This document shows positions 44,138 to 52,739 of a stretch of 64,000 nucleotides of DNA, piece by piece. How positions within the stretch are numbered: position 1 is the first letter of the stretch; the number at the start of each line of letters is the position of its first letter. The DNA is taken from assembly GCA_038319665.1 (NCBI GenBank), contig JBBQDL010000005.1:6223-70222 (forward strand), read 5' to 3'. The stretch is from Candidatus Limnocylindrales bacterium (GTDB lineage: Bacteria; Chloroflexota; Limnocylindria; Limnocylindrales; CSP1-4). Made by a program: the position numbers and the translations under genes. The notes beneath the pieces are model-generated. The model was given only the letters and a program-made list of their open reading frames with translations, did no database searches and was not told the origin of the DNA.

Positions 44138-44200
44138 CCGGGGATGGTGCCCGCCATACCTGAGACGAAGATGAGATGTGGCCGCGTCCCGTCCACCCGC

Positions 44201-45211
44201 TCAGCCCTTGATCAGGCGGGCGCCCGCCTCGAGCGCTGCCGCGGCCTCGTCGGCCAGGCGACGGACGATCTCGCCAGCCGGCAGGACGTCGTGGATGAGA
44301 CCGACCGATTGGCCTGCCCACAACGACAACGCCTCGATGTCGCCGCTCACGCCCTCCCGCGCCGAGGAGGATGCGTAGCGCTCCACGGGGTAGCCATCGA
44401 ACCGGGTGGCGATGACTTCGCCCTCGCCAGGCCGGCTCCCGGACAGCGGTCGACCGGCCGCCTCCCATGCCTCGACGGTGCTGTTGCGGAGTGTCCGGTG
44501 CGGGGCATCGGGCCAACCGCCGTCGAAGACCGTCGAGTGGACGGTCGAGGCTTCGGACGCGGCGGCCAGGAGCTCGCGGTAGCGCGGCAGGGCCGGCGCC
44601 TCGGCGGCCATCACGAACCTCGTCCCGAGCCAGCCGGCCGACGCGCCGAGCGTCCTGACCGCGGCCAGCCCGCGTCAATCGCCGATCCCGCCCGCGGCGA
44701 CGACCGGCGTCGGGGCCACGGCATCGACGACGGCCGGGACCAGCACGAGCGTGGCGACCTCGCCGCGCACGTGCCCGCCAGCTTCCCAGCCCTGCGCGAC
44801 GACGACATCCACGCCGGCATCGACCGCCCGCCGCGCTTCCGCGGCATCGCCGACCGTGTGCAGGACGATCGCTCCCGCATCGTGCGCGATCTGGACGAGC
44901 GGCGCTGGGTCTCCCCAGAAGAGCGAGACGATCCTGACGCCCGCGTCGAGACAACGGCGCAGCCGATCCTCCTGCGGCCACTCGAGGATCATGTTGACGC
45001 CGAAGGGGCGGTCGGTGCGAGCGCGGATCGCGGCCAGTTTCTTGTCGATCTCCGCGGGCTCCTCCCACGTCACCGAGACCATCCCGAGGCCGCCCGCCTC
45101 GCTGACGGCCGCGGCCAGCTCGGGGACCGCCAATCCACCGATGGGCGCCTGGATGACCGGGATGTCGATCCCGACGAGTCGACAGAACGCGGTGTCGAAG
45201 ATCGGTGGCAT
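44201..45211 (-). pseudogene. nitronate monooxygenase (NMO / 2-nitropropane dioxygenase family) interrupted by one in-frame TGA (44675-44677)
   Basis: ATG 45211 follows a GAGGAGG RBS. The sequence IQAPIGGLAVPELAAAVSEAGGLGMV...VVAQGWEAGGHV...VVAAGGIGD-TGA-RGLAAVRTLGASAGWLGTRF continues in the same frame to the stop at 44201. The track shows this as two ORFs, 44675..45304 and 44201..44614. Confidence 0.75.
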
Positions 45212-45285
45212 GTCCGCCTCCTCGAGCCTCACGAAGATCATCCGGGCGGTGGCGCCGCCGGCGATCTGGCCGATATCATCGGCCC

Positions 45286-45759
45286 ATGCAGACCGCCATT
45301 CCACCGGGGCAGGACATCGTCACTTGGGATGTGCTGGACGAGCTGGTCGCGGGTCTGGCCGATCGGCTCGCGGGAACGGAGTTCGACCTGATGCTCGCGA
45401 TCACGCGCGGTGGCCTCGTCCCGGCCGGGATGCTCGCCTACCGGCTGCGGATCCGGAATATCCTCGTCGCGGCGGTCGAGTTCTACGACGATCAGGGCCA
45501 GCCGGGGCCGCATCCGACGTTCCTGCAGGTCCCGGCCGACCCGCTCCTGCGGGGGCAGCGTATCCTCATCGTCGACGAGGTCTGGGACAGCGGGACCACC
45601 ATCCATGCGGTCACCGAACGAGTCCGTCAGGCCGGGGGGATCCCGACGACCGTGGTCCTCCACTACAAGCCGACACGCTCGGTCGTGCCGGAGAGCCCGG
45701 ACCTCCACGCCGTCGAGACCGACGCGTGGGTCGTCTACCCATTCAAGGCCGGCGGCTGA
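45286..45759 (+). CDS. phosphoribosyltransferase, xanthine-guanine PRT (Gpt)-like
   Basis: VTWDVLDELV...LAITRGGLVPAGMLAYRL is followed by the PRPP loop ILIVDEVWDSGTT. The overall layout and 157-aa length match Gpt-type PRTs. Confidence 0.75.
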   Translation: MQTAIPPGQDIVTWDVLDELVAGLADRLAGTEFDLMLAITRGGLVPAGMLAYRLRIRNILVAAVEFYDDQGQPGPHPTFLQVPADPLLRGQRILIVDEVWDSGTTIHAVTERVRQAGGIPTTVVLHYKPTRSVVPESPDLHAVETDAWVVYPFKAGG

Positions 45760-45777
45760 ACCAAGGGGGTCCACGCG

Positions 45778-46860
45778 ATGGCGAAACGAGTCCGGCTCCT
45801 CGTCGGCACCAAGAAGGGTGCCTTCATCCTCGACAGCGACGATGCCCGGCGTGATTGGTCGGTCCGCGGCCCGCTGTGCGAGGGCTGGCCGGTCCACGAC
45901 GTGATCGTCGAACCCGGCTCGGGTGCGATCCTGGCCGCCGCCGGGAACGCCTGGTACGGACCCGCGGTGTGGCGCTCGGAAGACGACGGCTCGACCTGGA
46001 CCCATTCGTCGGCCGGGCTCAGCTACGGGGACGAAGCCGAACCGCTGAAGTCGATCTGGAGCCTGTCGGCGACGCCCGACGGGGGTCTGCTGGCCGGTGT
46101 CGAGCCCGCGGGGCTCTTCCGCAGTGATGACGGCGCGAAGACCTGGCGACATGTCGAAGGGCTGACGAACCACCCGACCCGCCCGACCTGGGGCCCGGGC
46201 GCCGGCGGACTGATCCTCCACACGATCATCCCCCACCCGACCGACACGGATCGGACCTGGGTCGGGATCTCCGCGGTCGGGGTCTTCGAGACACGTGACG
46301 CGGGCAAGTCCTGGGAACCGCGCAACGTCGGGGTCCGGGCGGAATTCAATCCCGAGGATCGCTTCCCGGAGACCGGCCAGTGCGTCCACAAGTTCGCGAT
46401 GGCCGCGGGTGAGCCCGACACGTTCTACCAGCGCAACCACTGCGGGGTCTACCGCTCCGACGATGGCTCGGCGACCTGGCAGGAGATCACCGGCAGCCTG
46501 CCGACCGATTTCGGGTTCGCCATGGTCGCGCATCCGCGCGATCCAGACACCTGCTGGCTCATCCCGCTGAGCACGCCCGAGGAGGGCCGCTACATGCCCG
46601 ACGGCCACACGGCCGTGTGGCGAACGCACGATCGCGGCGCATCGTGGATCTGTTCGGATGCGGGCTTGCCGACGCGGGACGCGTACATGTCGGTCCTGCG
46701 CGAGGCGATGGCGCGCGACGAGCTCGACCCGGTCGGGATCACCTTCGGCACGGCCACCGGCCAGCTCTGGCACAGCTCGGACGAAGGCGCCTCGTGGCGG
46801 ATGATCACCGACACGCTGCCGGAGATCTGGGCCGTCGAGGCCGTCGTCCTCGGGGATTGA
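45778..46860 (+). CDS. cytosolic BNR/Asp-box beta-propeller protein (no signal peptide; Ycf48/sialidase-fold-like)
   Basis: The Asp-boxes are SEDDGSTWTH, SDDGAKTWRH, TRDAGKSWE, SDDGSATWQE, THDRGASW and SSDEGASWR. The N-terminus MAKRVRLLVGTKKGAFILD is not signal-like. Confidence 0.8.
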   Translation: MAKRVRLLVGTKKGAFILDSDDARRDWSVRGPLCEGWPVHDVIVEPGSGAILAAAGNAWYGPAVWRSEDDGSTWTHSSAGLSYGDEAEPLKSIWSLSATPDGGLLAGVEPAGLFRSDDGAKTWRHVEGLTNHPTRPTWGPGAGGLILHTIIPHPTDTDRTWVGISAVGVFETRDAGKSWEPRNVGVRAEFNPEDRFPETGQCVHKFAMAAGEPDTFYQRNHCGVYRSDDGSATWQEITGSLPTDFGFAMVAHPRDPDTCWLIPLSTPEEGRYMPDGHTAVWRTHDRGASWICSDAGLPTRDAYMSVLREAMARDELDPVGITFGTATGQLWHSSDEGASWRMITDTLPEIWAVEAVVLGD

Positions 46861-46872
46861 GCGGGCCTGCCC

Positions 46873-47136
46873 ATGGCGACCGTCCTGCTGCCGGCGTCGC
46901 TCATCGCGCTCTTCCCGGGTGCGGGCAAGCGACATGACATCGAAGGTGCGACCGTGGATGCGCTCATCGGCGCGCTGGACCGGTCCGTGCCGGGGATGCG
47001 CGACCGGCTGGTCGAGGCGGGACCGCGACTGCGGCCGCACATCAACGTCTTCGTCGACGGGGCGCCGGCGGACCTCGCGACCGAGGTCGCCCCGGGTGCC
47101 GTGGTGCACGTGGTACCAGCCGTAAGCGGCGGATAA
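46873..47136 (+). CDS. MoaD/ThiS-family ubiquitin-like protein ending in Gly-Gly
   Basis: 87 aa, with ...INVFVDGAPADLATEVAPGAVVHVVPAVSGG* being the beta-grasp C-terminal signature. It lies 12 nt downstream of the propeller gene. Confidence 0.8.
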   Translation: MATVLLPASLIALFPGAGKRHDIEGATVDALIGALDRSVPGMRDRLVEAGPRLRPHINVFVDGAPADLATEVAPGAVVHVVPAVSGG

Positions 47137-47181
47137 GCCGGCGATACATGGCCGGTGAGGGCACGACCCGATGATGGGCGC

Positions 47182-47877
47182 ATGTCGAAGCGCGCGGTCC
47201 ATCGCACCGACGGGCCGGGTGGCCGACACGGTTCTCGCGAGCAGGGCGGTGGCGGCCACGGGCTTTTCTCCGACGTCCGCCTCGGGGCGCTGCTCAGCCG
47301 GATCGACGACCACGGACTCGCCTGGACGGACGTCGCGGAGGACGTCCTTCCGATCTTCGAGCGCGCACGCCCATTCGGATACGAGGTCGAACCGCCGGCC
47401 CACGCGGTCGTCCCGCCCGGCGTCACCGTCGGTTTCGGCGTCGATCTCGGCCTCGCTTTCGCCCGGGTCGCGGCGATCCACCTCGACGACTGGCCAGTCG
47501 ATCTGGCGGGCCTGACCGACCGCGCGCTGCGTAACCTTCGCCGGCGCGTCCGCCATGCGCGCGATTTCGATCTCGTCCGCGAGCCGATCGCAGGTGTCCC
47601 GACCACCGTCTTCCAGTCGCGCGACGGTTGGGCGTCGACCGCGGTCCTCGTCCCCGAAGCGCTCGATCGGCTGTTCGGACCGCGTCCGGCGCTGCTCATC
47701 GCGCCATCGCGCGACCTGCTCGTCGGGCTGCCCGAAGATGTCGACGTGCGGTTCGCCACCTGGCTCACCGAGGAGTTCGAGGCGGAGGACCCGAATGCGC
47801 TACGCCTCGAGGCCTTCGAGTGGCGAGATGGGATCGTCCGTTGCCGGCCGCTCGCCCGGGAGGCGGTGGTGGTCTGA
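47182..47877 (+). CDS. hypothetical protein (231 aa)
   Basis: The ORF has protein-like composition and no motif I recognise. The start is uncertain (47155 or 47182). Confidence 0.5.
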   Translation: MSKRAVHRTDGPGGRHGSREQGGGGHGLFSDVRLGALLSRIDDHGLAWTDVAEDVLPIFERARPFGYEVEPPAHAVVPPGVTVGFGVDLGLAFARVAAIHLDDWPVDLAGLTDRALRNLRRRVRHARDFDLVREPIAGVPTTVFQSRDGWASTAVLVPEALDRLFGPRPALLIAPSRDLLVGLPEDVDVRFATWLTEEFEAEDPNALRLEAFEWRDGIVRCRPLAREAVVV

Positions 47878-47880
47878 CAG

Positions 47881-49479
47881 TCAGCCGCGCGGACCGAGCG
47901 TCGCCTCGAACGGATCGAAGGCTTCGGTCCGTTCTGCCGCTGCGTCGCGCGTTGCGGTCGGCGGGCCGACCGGCCCGGGCGGATCGCCGGCCACGGTCCG
48001 CCACCCTTCGTCGGCCAGGCGTTCGAGCGTCGCGAGTGCCGCCGAGATCATGCCGCGGGCATGGTCGAGCGCGACGCCCTGGAGCGGTCCGAGCGCGGTC
48101 GCTGAACCGACCTCGGCGGAGACCAACGCGGCGGCGCGGGCACCGCGGGCGGCTCCGGCCGCATCGTCCGGACCGAACGCGGCGGCGCGCAGCACGATCG
48201 CCACGTCGCCGGCATGCGCGGCCGCGGCCGCCTGGACATAGGGCCACAGGATCGAGCGTTGGGTGGCGGTCGGCGGCTCGACGAAGCCGAGGGGATGACC
48301 TGGGAAAAGCGCAAGGCGGACGGAGACCTCGGCGATCGCCCGGGCGGCCGGTGACGGCTCGTCGGTGAGCCATGGCGGGAGGGCTCCGACGATGACCTGG
48401 TCGGTCGGAAGCCCGTCGCCGCGGGCCAGGGTCACGCCGAGCAGCTGAAGTGCGAGCGCCCGGCCAGCCCTGGTGATGGGATCGGACGGGACACCCGTCG
48501 ACAGGTCCGGCGCGACGACAAGCGGGCCGGAGCCGACCAGGGTCGCGGTCCCTGCCCGCTTGGCGAGGCGATGGGCGAACGCGTGGTCCGATAGCGCTCG
48601 TTCCGGCTCGACCGCGTCGGCCACGATCTCGGCCATGGCATCGGAGGCGATGAGATCGACCCGCTCGAAGGCGGCCACGACCGAGCCCTCGGGCTCACCA
48701 AGCGCCGGCGACACGGTCGCCAACCGGACATATGCCCGGCGCTTGGCCGCAGCTCGGTCGATCGTCTGCCGGAGTCGGGCCAGGGCGCGCTGACTCCCGG
48801 TCGGAGCCGGCTCGGGCAGTTCACGTTGCACCGCCGGGCCGTCGCCCCCATTCGGTCGCCAGGCCGGGACCTCGACGCCCGCGTCGGTCATCCGATCGGC
48901 CAGTTCGCGGCCGATGGGGATCTCGATCCGGATCAGATCGATCCCCGCCGCGATCAGGCTCGTGGCCTCGTCGAGGGCGCCACCGACGTCGGGGTTCCGG
49001 AGGGTGACGCCGAGCCATGGCCGTGGCGCCTCGCCGAGCATCGCGATCGTCTCGCGCCGGACGGTGCGCTGGGCGTCGATCCGTTCGATCGCCGCGGCCA
49101 TGAGACGTGAGGCTTCGGCCTCCGCGACCGTCCGCCGGTCGGGCTCGCGCAACAGCTCCGCCTCGAGGACGAGGTCGATCGCCCCGGACGCCACGTCGAG
49201 GGCGAGTTGTTGTGGCTCGAGGTCGTATTCGAGCAGGGCCATCGCGAACGGGAGGGCGATGCCGCCGCTCAGCGGCGCCGGGCCGGGGGAGAGCCAGCGA
49301 TCGACCGTCGCTCCGGCCAGCGGCCGGCCGCTGGAGTCGAGCCCATTCACCCCGAAGAGCCGCAGGATCGCGCGTTCCTGTCCGATCGTCGTCGAGGCAC
49401 GGGCGCGGGCGCCCCAGGCCCCGGCGAGTGCATCCGCCCGCGCGACCAGCCGGTCGAGCGGCCCCCAGTCGTTGGTCAT
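47881..49479 (-). CDS. lysine 5,6-aminomutase alpha-subunit (KamD)-like TIM-barrel protein, no adjacent beta subunit
   Basis: The N-terminal TTIGQERAILRLFGVNGLD..GRPLAGATVDRWL....GGIALPFAMALLEYDLEPQQLALDVASGAIDL aligns by eye with Clostridium KamD (TTVTVERAVCRLLGIDGVD..VPLPNIVVDHI...LGAAMYIANAVL...QEIAQAISAGELDL). IDLIRIEIPIGRELADRM aligns with ADVIAVIRTTGQSLLDYV. Confidence 0.55.
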   Translation of the reverse strand: MTNDWGPLDRLVARADALAGAWGARARASTTIGQERAILRLFGVNGLDSSGRPLAGATVDRWLSPGPAPLSGGIALPFAMALLEYDLEPQQLALDVASGAIDLVLEAELLREPDRRTVAEAEASRLMAAAIERIDAQRTVRRETIAMLGEAPRPWLGVTLRNPDVGGALDEATSLIAAGIDLIRIEIPIGRELADRMTDAGVEVPAWRPNGGDGPAVQRELPEPAPTGSQRALARLRQTIDRAAAKRRAYVRLATVSPALGEPEGSVVAAFERVDLIASDAMAEIVADAVEPERALSDHAFAHRLAKRAGTATLVGSGPLVVAPDLSTGVPSDPITRAGRALALQLLGVTLARGDGLPTDQVIVGALPPWLTDEPSPAARAIAEVSVRLALFPGHPLGFVEPPTATQRSILWPYVQAAAAAHAGDVAIVLRAAAFGPDDAAGAARGARAAALVSAEVGSATALGPLQGVALDHARGMISAALATLERLADEGWRTVAGDPPGPVGPPTATRDAAAERTEAFDPFEATLGPRG

Positions 49480-49618
49480 CGAGCGGGGCGGGCGGCGCTG
49501 GGCTGCGACACGGACGACCTCATCTGGCGCCTGCCGGGACGTCCCGGGGTGGTCACCGGGCAGTATGGCCCCTGTCCCGACCGGCGCGGCGCCTCACACG
49601 GCCTTCTCCGCGCAGCCC

Positions 49619-50398
49619 TTACTCGTCCCCAGCAGGCCCGGTGCGGGCCTGGTAGCCGATCCACACGTGGCCGTCGGCGAACCGTTCGGCCTTCCAGATC
49701 GGCGCGCGCGCCTTCGTCTCGTCGATCGCGTAGCGTGCCGCCTCGAACGCGGCCTCGCGATGGGGAGCGACGGCGACGACCGCGATCGAGGCCTCCCCGA
49801 GCGGCACTTCGCCGGTCCGATGGACGATCGCGAGTCGATCCACCCCGAAACGCGCGGCGATCTCGTCGGCGATGGTCGCCAGGGTCGCGAGCGCCATCGT
49901 GTCGTGGGCCTCGTATTCGAGCGACTCGACCGACCGGCCCGCGTGCCGTGCGGCCTCCACCTCCTGGCCCGGGGCGGGTGTCCCGGGCGTCGAGCGAGTC
50001 CGGCCGAGGAATCCGACGACGGCGCCGTCCTCGGGGATCGCGAGGGCGTCGGTGAGCTCGGCCAGGATGGTGGTCGTGAACGGGGCTTCGCGCAGCTCGA
50101 GGATGCGGCGGGCCCCGGAAGCCCCGAGGCCGCCAAGGCCGCCCGTGGTGCCCGAACCGCCCGACACCGGCGGGATCATGGCCACCTCATCGCCGTCGGC
50201 CAGCGGCGTCGTCGGGTCGGCATAGTCGCCATTGCGGGCGAAGCGGACCGACGGGCGGCCGGGCGCGAGGATCGGGTGCAGGGCGATGAGCCCCGACCAG
50301 GCCGCCTCGACGTCCGCGCCATCGGCCAGCTCGAGCGGGACCTCGCGCGTCCCGGCCAGCTCTCGTTGGACCGCGAAGAGGCGGACCCGGATCCTCAT
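49619..50398 (-). CDS. moaDE: molybdopterin synthase MoaD-MoaE fusion (sulfur-carrier fused to the catalytic subunit)
   Basis: The MoaD part is MRIRVRLFAVQRELAG...LADGDEVAMIPPVSGG, followed by a Gly-rich linker. The MoaE part is GAVVGFLGRTR...LEYEAHDTMA...IVHRTGEVPLGEASIAVVAVAPHREAAFEAARYAIDETKARAPIWKAE. Confidence 0.85.
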   Translation of the reverse strand: MRIRVRLFAVQRELAGTREVPLELADGADVEAAWSGLIALHPILAPGRPSVRFARNGDYADPTTPLADGDEVAMIPPVSGGSGTTGGLGGLGASGARRILELREAPFTTTILAELTDALAIPEDGAVVGFLGRTRSTPGTPAPGQEVEAARHAGRSVESLEYEAHDTMALATLATIADEIAARFGVDRLAIVHRTGEVPLGEASIAVVAVAPHREAAFEAARYAIDETKARAPIWKAERFADGHVWIGYQARTGPAGDE

Positions 50399-50447
50399 CG
50401 GTGTCGCGGGGAGGCTCTGGGCGCCCGCCGGGCGAACCGTCCGGCGC

Positions 50448-51113
50448 TCAACCGTTCCACGTCGCGATGAGCAGGCCGTCGCCGAGCGGCAGGATCGTCG
50501 CCGTGAAGCGCGGATCGCACAGGACGGCCGCATCGAAGGCGCGGAGGGCAGCCACGTTCTGGTCGCCCGGCGTCTCCGGCCGCGCTCCGGACGCCCGGCC
50601 GCTCCACAGCACGTTGTCCGCGGCGACGAGCGCGCCCGGGACGAGACGGCCGCTGAGCGCGGCGAGATAGGCCTCATATTCCGGTTTCAGGGCATCGATG
50701 AAGACCATGTCGAACGGTCCGACGAGCGCCGGTTCCATGTCGAAGGCCTCGAGCGCGGGCGCGTTGATCACCGTGATCCGCTCATCGGCGATCCCCGCCT
50801 GGCGCCACCAGCTCCTCGCGAGATCCGTCCGCGAGCGGTCCGGATCAATCGTCACGATCGTGCCGTCGCGCGGCTGCCCGAGGGCCAGCCACAACGTCGA
50901 GTAGCCGTAAGCCGTGCCGACCTCCACGATCCGCCGCCGCGAACCGGCGAGGACCGACAGCACGCGTCCCGCGTCGCGGTCGACGATGGGGATGTGGTTC
51001 GGCGCGGCCGCCGCCTCGATGGCCGCCAGCGCGGCGGGCAGTGGCCTGGCCAGCGATTCGATCCAATCGAGATCGACTTCGTCGGGGATCCAGCCGCGGT
51101 CATCCTTGCTCAT
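50448..51113 (-). CDS. class I SAM-dependent O-methyltransferase (family 3, caffeoyl-CoA OMT-like)
   Basis: RIVEVGTAYGYSTLWLA is the SAM motif I, followed by GTIVTIDPD, DMVFIDALKPEY and GALVAADNVLWSG. A GAGGAAG RBS precedes ATG 51113. Confidence 0.85.
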   Translation of the reverse strand: MSKDDRGWIPDEVDLDWIESLARPLPAALAAIEAAAAPNHIPIVDRDAGRVLSVLAGSRRRIVEVGTAYGYSTLWLALGQPRDGTIVTIDPDRSRTDLARSWWRQAGIADERITVINAPALEAFDMEPALVGPFDMVFIDALKPEYEAYLAALSGRLVPGALVAADNVLWSGRASGARPETPGDQNVAALRAFDAAVLCDPRFTATILPLGDGLLIATWNG

Positions 51114-51120
51114 CGCTTCC

Positions 51121-51987
51121 TCACACCAGTAATCCGGCACCGAAATAGAGACCGGCGGCCAGGATGGTCCCGGCCGCGATCGATCCGACGTTGATGTACA
51201 GGAGCCCAGTGGCCGATTCCATCGAGCGCGACCGTGCGGTCTGGACCGATGCCCAGCCGATGATGAGCGGGAAGACGAGCCCGACGATCAGCCGCAGCCA
51301 GACGAACAGCGCCCATGGTCCGACCAGGGCGGCGAATGGGGCGACATCGGCGGGCCCCGCCCCGGTCGCGGTCCAGGCCAGGAACAGGATCACCTGGATC
51401 GCGACCACCGCCAGCAAGACCCGGGCGAGCAGGATGAGCGGCGCCTCGGGCAGTTTGGGTGTCACCAGATACCAGTGGCCGAGGATCATGGCCGCGAAGA
51501 CGCCGCCGATCGCGGCGCTGACCACGGTCAGCTGCACGAGCAGCGCGACGGCCCCGACCGACCCGTCGCCCCAGGCCAGCGCCCCGAAGATGAGCGTGGC
51601 GGCGGCCGCTCCAAGGCCAGCCCATTGGATCGCCGAGGCCGCGCGTGGCCCGAACCGCCCGGCGACCAGGCTGCCGGCGACGAGGATGCAGAAGAGAACC
51701 AGGGTGAGTCGGCGCGGCGCGTCCCAGGCCGGATCGACCACGACCGGCGAGCTCCCGAGCGAGGCCGGCAGCGCTCCGTCGGAGAGCCAGGCGAGGACGC
51801 CGAAGACGGCCGCGCAGATGGTCGTGAAGCGCAGGTAGCCGGGCGTGGCGGTGGTCCGCCGGCGGAGCAGCACGACCGCGGCGAAGGAACCGAACGCCAG
51901 ACCGGTCAGGACCATCCAATTGACGAACGCGAGGTTCTGGGCGATCTGCGTGGCGGCCACCGCCCGAGTGTAGCGGCGTTGTAGCAT
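51121..51987 (-). CDS. polytopic integral membrane protein, unknown function
   Basis: 288 aa with about 8 hydrophobic helices and no motif I recognise. Confidence 0.55.
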   Translation of the reverse strand: MLQRRYTRAVAATQIAQNLAFVNWMVLTGLAFGSFAAVVLLRRRTTATPGYLRFTTICAAVFGVLAWLSDGALPASLGSSPVVVDPAWDAPRRLTLVLFCILVAGSLVAGRFGPRAASAIQWAGLGAAAATLIFGALAWGDGSVGAVALLVQLTVVSAAIGGVFAAMILGHWYLVTPKLPEAPLILLARVLLAVVAIQVILFLAWTATGAGPADVAPFAALVGPWALFVWLRLIVGLVFPLIIGWASVQTARSRSMESATGLLYINVGSIAAGTILAAGLYFGAGLLV

Positions 51988-52007
51988 CGGCCCCGGAGGT
52001 GTCCCCG

Positions 52008-52739
52008 ATGGGTCTCGATCGCGACACGACGTTCACCTGGTATGGCCACGCCTGCGTCGAGGTTCGGACGCCGGGCGGCAAGACCATCCTCATCGATCCG
52101 TGGTTCGGCAATCCGCGCAGTCCGCGCGCCGCGGACTCTATCCAGGTCTGCGACGTGCTGCTGGTGACGCACGGCCACGGTGATCATCTCGGCGACGCCG
52201 TCGCGCTCGCCAGCCGGCTGCGCCCGGCCTGGCCGTCTATCCACGAATTGAGCCTGTGGCTCGCCCGGACGCTTCCAGGCGGCAGCGACGCCACGATCGG
52301 GATGAACAAGGGCGGGACCGTCGAGGTCGCGGGGGTCAAGGTCACCATGGTCCATGCCGACCATTCCGCCGGCGATTGGAACGCCGGCGGCGAGACGACC
52401 CTGTACCTCGGGGAACCCGCCAGTTTCGTCGTCGAGCTCGAGAACGGCTTCCGCTTCTACCACGCGGGCGACACGAACGTGTTCGGAGACATGCGGCTCA
52501 TCGGCGAGCTCTACCGCCCCGAGATCGCCCTTCTGCCGATCGGCGGCCACTACACGATGGGCCCGCGCGAGGCGGCGATGGCCGTCGAGCTGCTCGGCGT
52601 CAAGCACGTCATGCCGATCCATTACGGGACCTTCCCGGCGCTGGCCGGGACGCCGGCGCAGCTTCGTTCCGAGCTGGACGCGCGGGGGCTGAACGACGTC
52701 GAGGTCCACGCCCCCGAACCGGGAGGGAGCGTCAGCTAG
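52008..52739 (+). CDS. metal-dependent hydrolase, metallo-beta-lactamase fold (UPF0173-like)
   Basis: TWYGHACVEVRTPGGKTILIDPWF...VLLVTHGHGDHLGD contains the HxHxDH motif, followed by ...HADHS...HYGTFP. Confidence 0.85.
   Translation: MGLDRDTTFTWYGHACVEVRTPGGKTILIDPWFGNPRSPRAADSIQVCDVLLVTHGHGDHLGDAVALASRLRPAWPSIHELSLWLARTLPGGSDATIGMNKGGTVEVAGVKVTMVHADHSAGDWNAGGETTLYLGEPASFVVELENGFRFYHAGDTNVFGDMRLIGELYRPEIALLPIGGHYTMGPREAAMAVELLGVKHVMPIHYGTFPALAGTPAQLRSELDARGLNDVEVHAPEPGGSVS

Noticed and set aside
44675-44677. Selenocysteine or reassigned UGA (UGA=Gly, genetic code 25) as the explanation for the in-frame TGA in the NMO gene.
   Set aside because: TGA clearly serves as the stop of many well-delimited genes in this window, including the 4-nt ATGA/GTGA overlaps. 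The reassigned-code lineages are AT-rich. The expected residue is Gly, not Cys/Sec, and I could not identify a convincing SECIS-type hairpin. A nonsense mutation or a sequencing error is the simpler explanation.
43289-47556. Several very long overlapping ORFs: 43289..45391 (+), 43308..45068 (-) and 45238..47556 (-, 772 aa).
   Set aside because: The reasoning is the same: junk-like, Arg-rich translations overlap genes that carry clear family motifs (ferric reductase, NMO, PRT, BNR propeller, MoaD-like).
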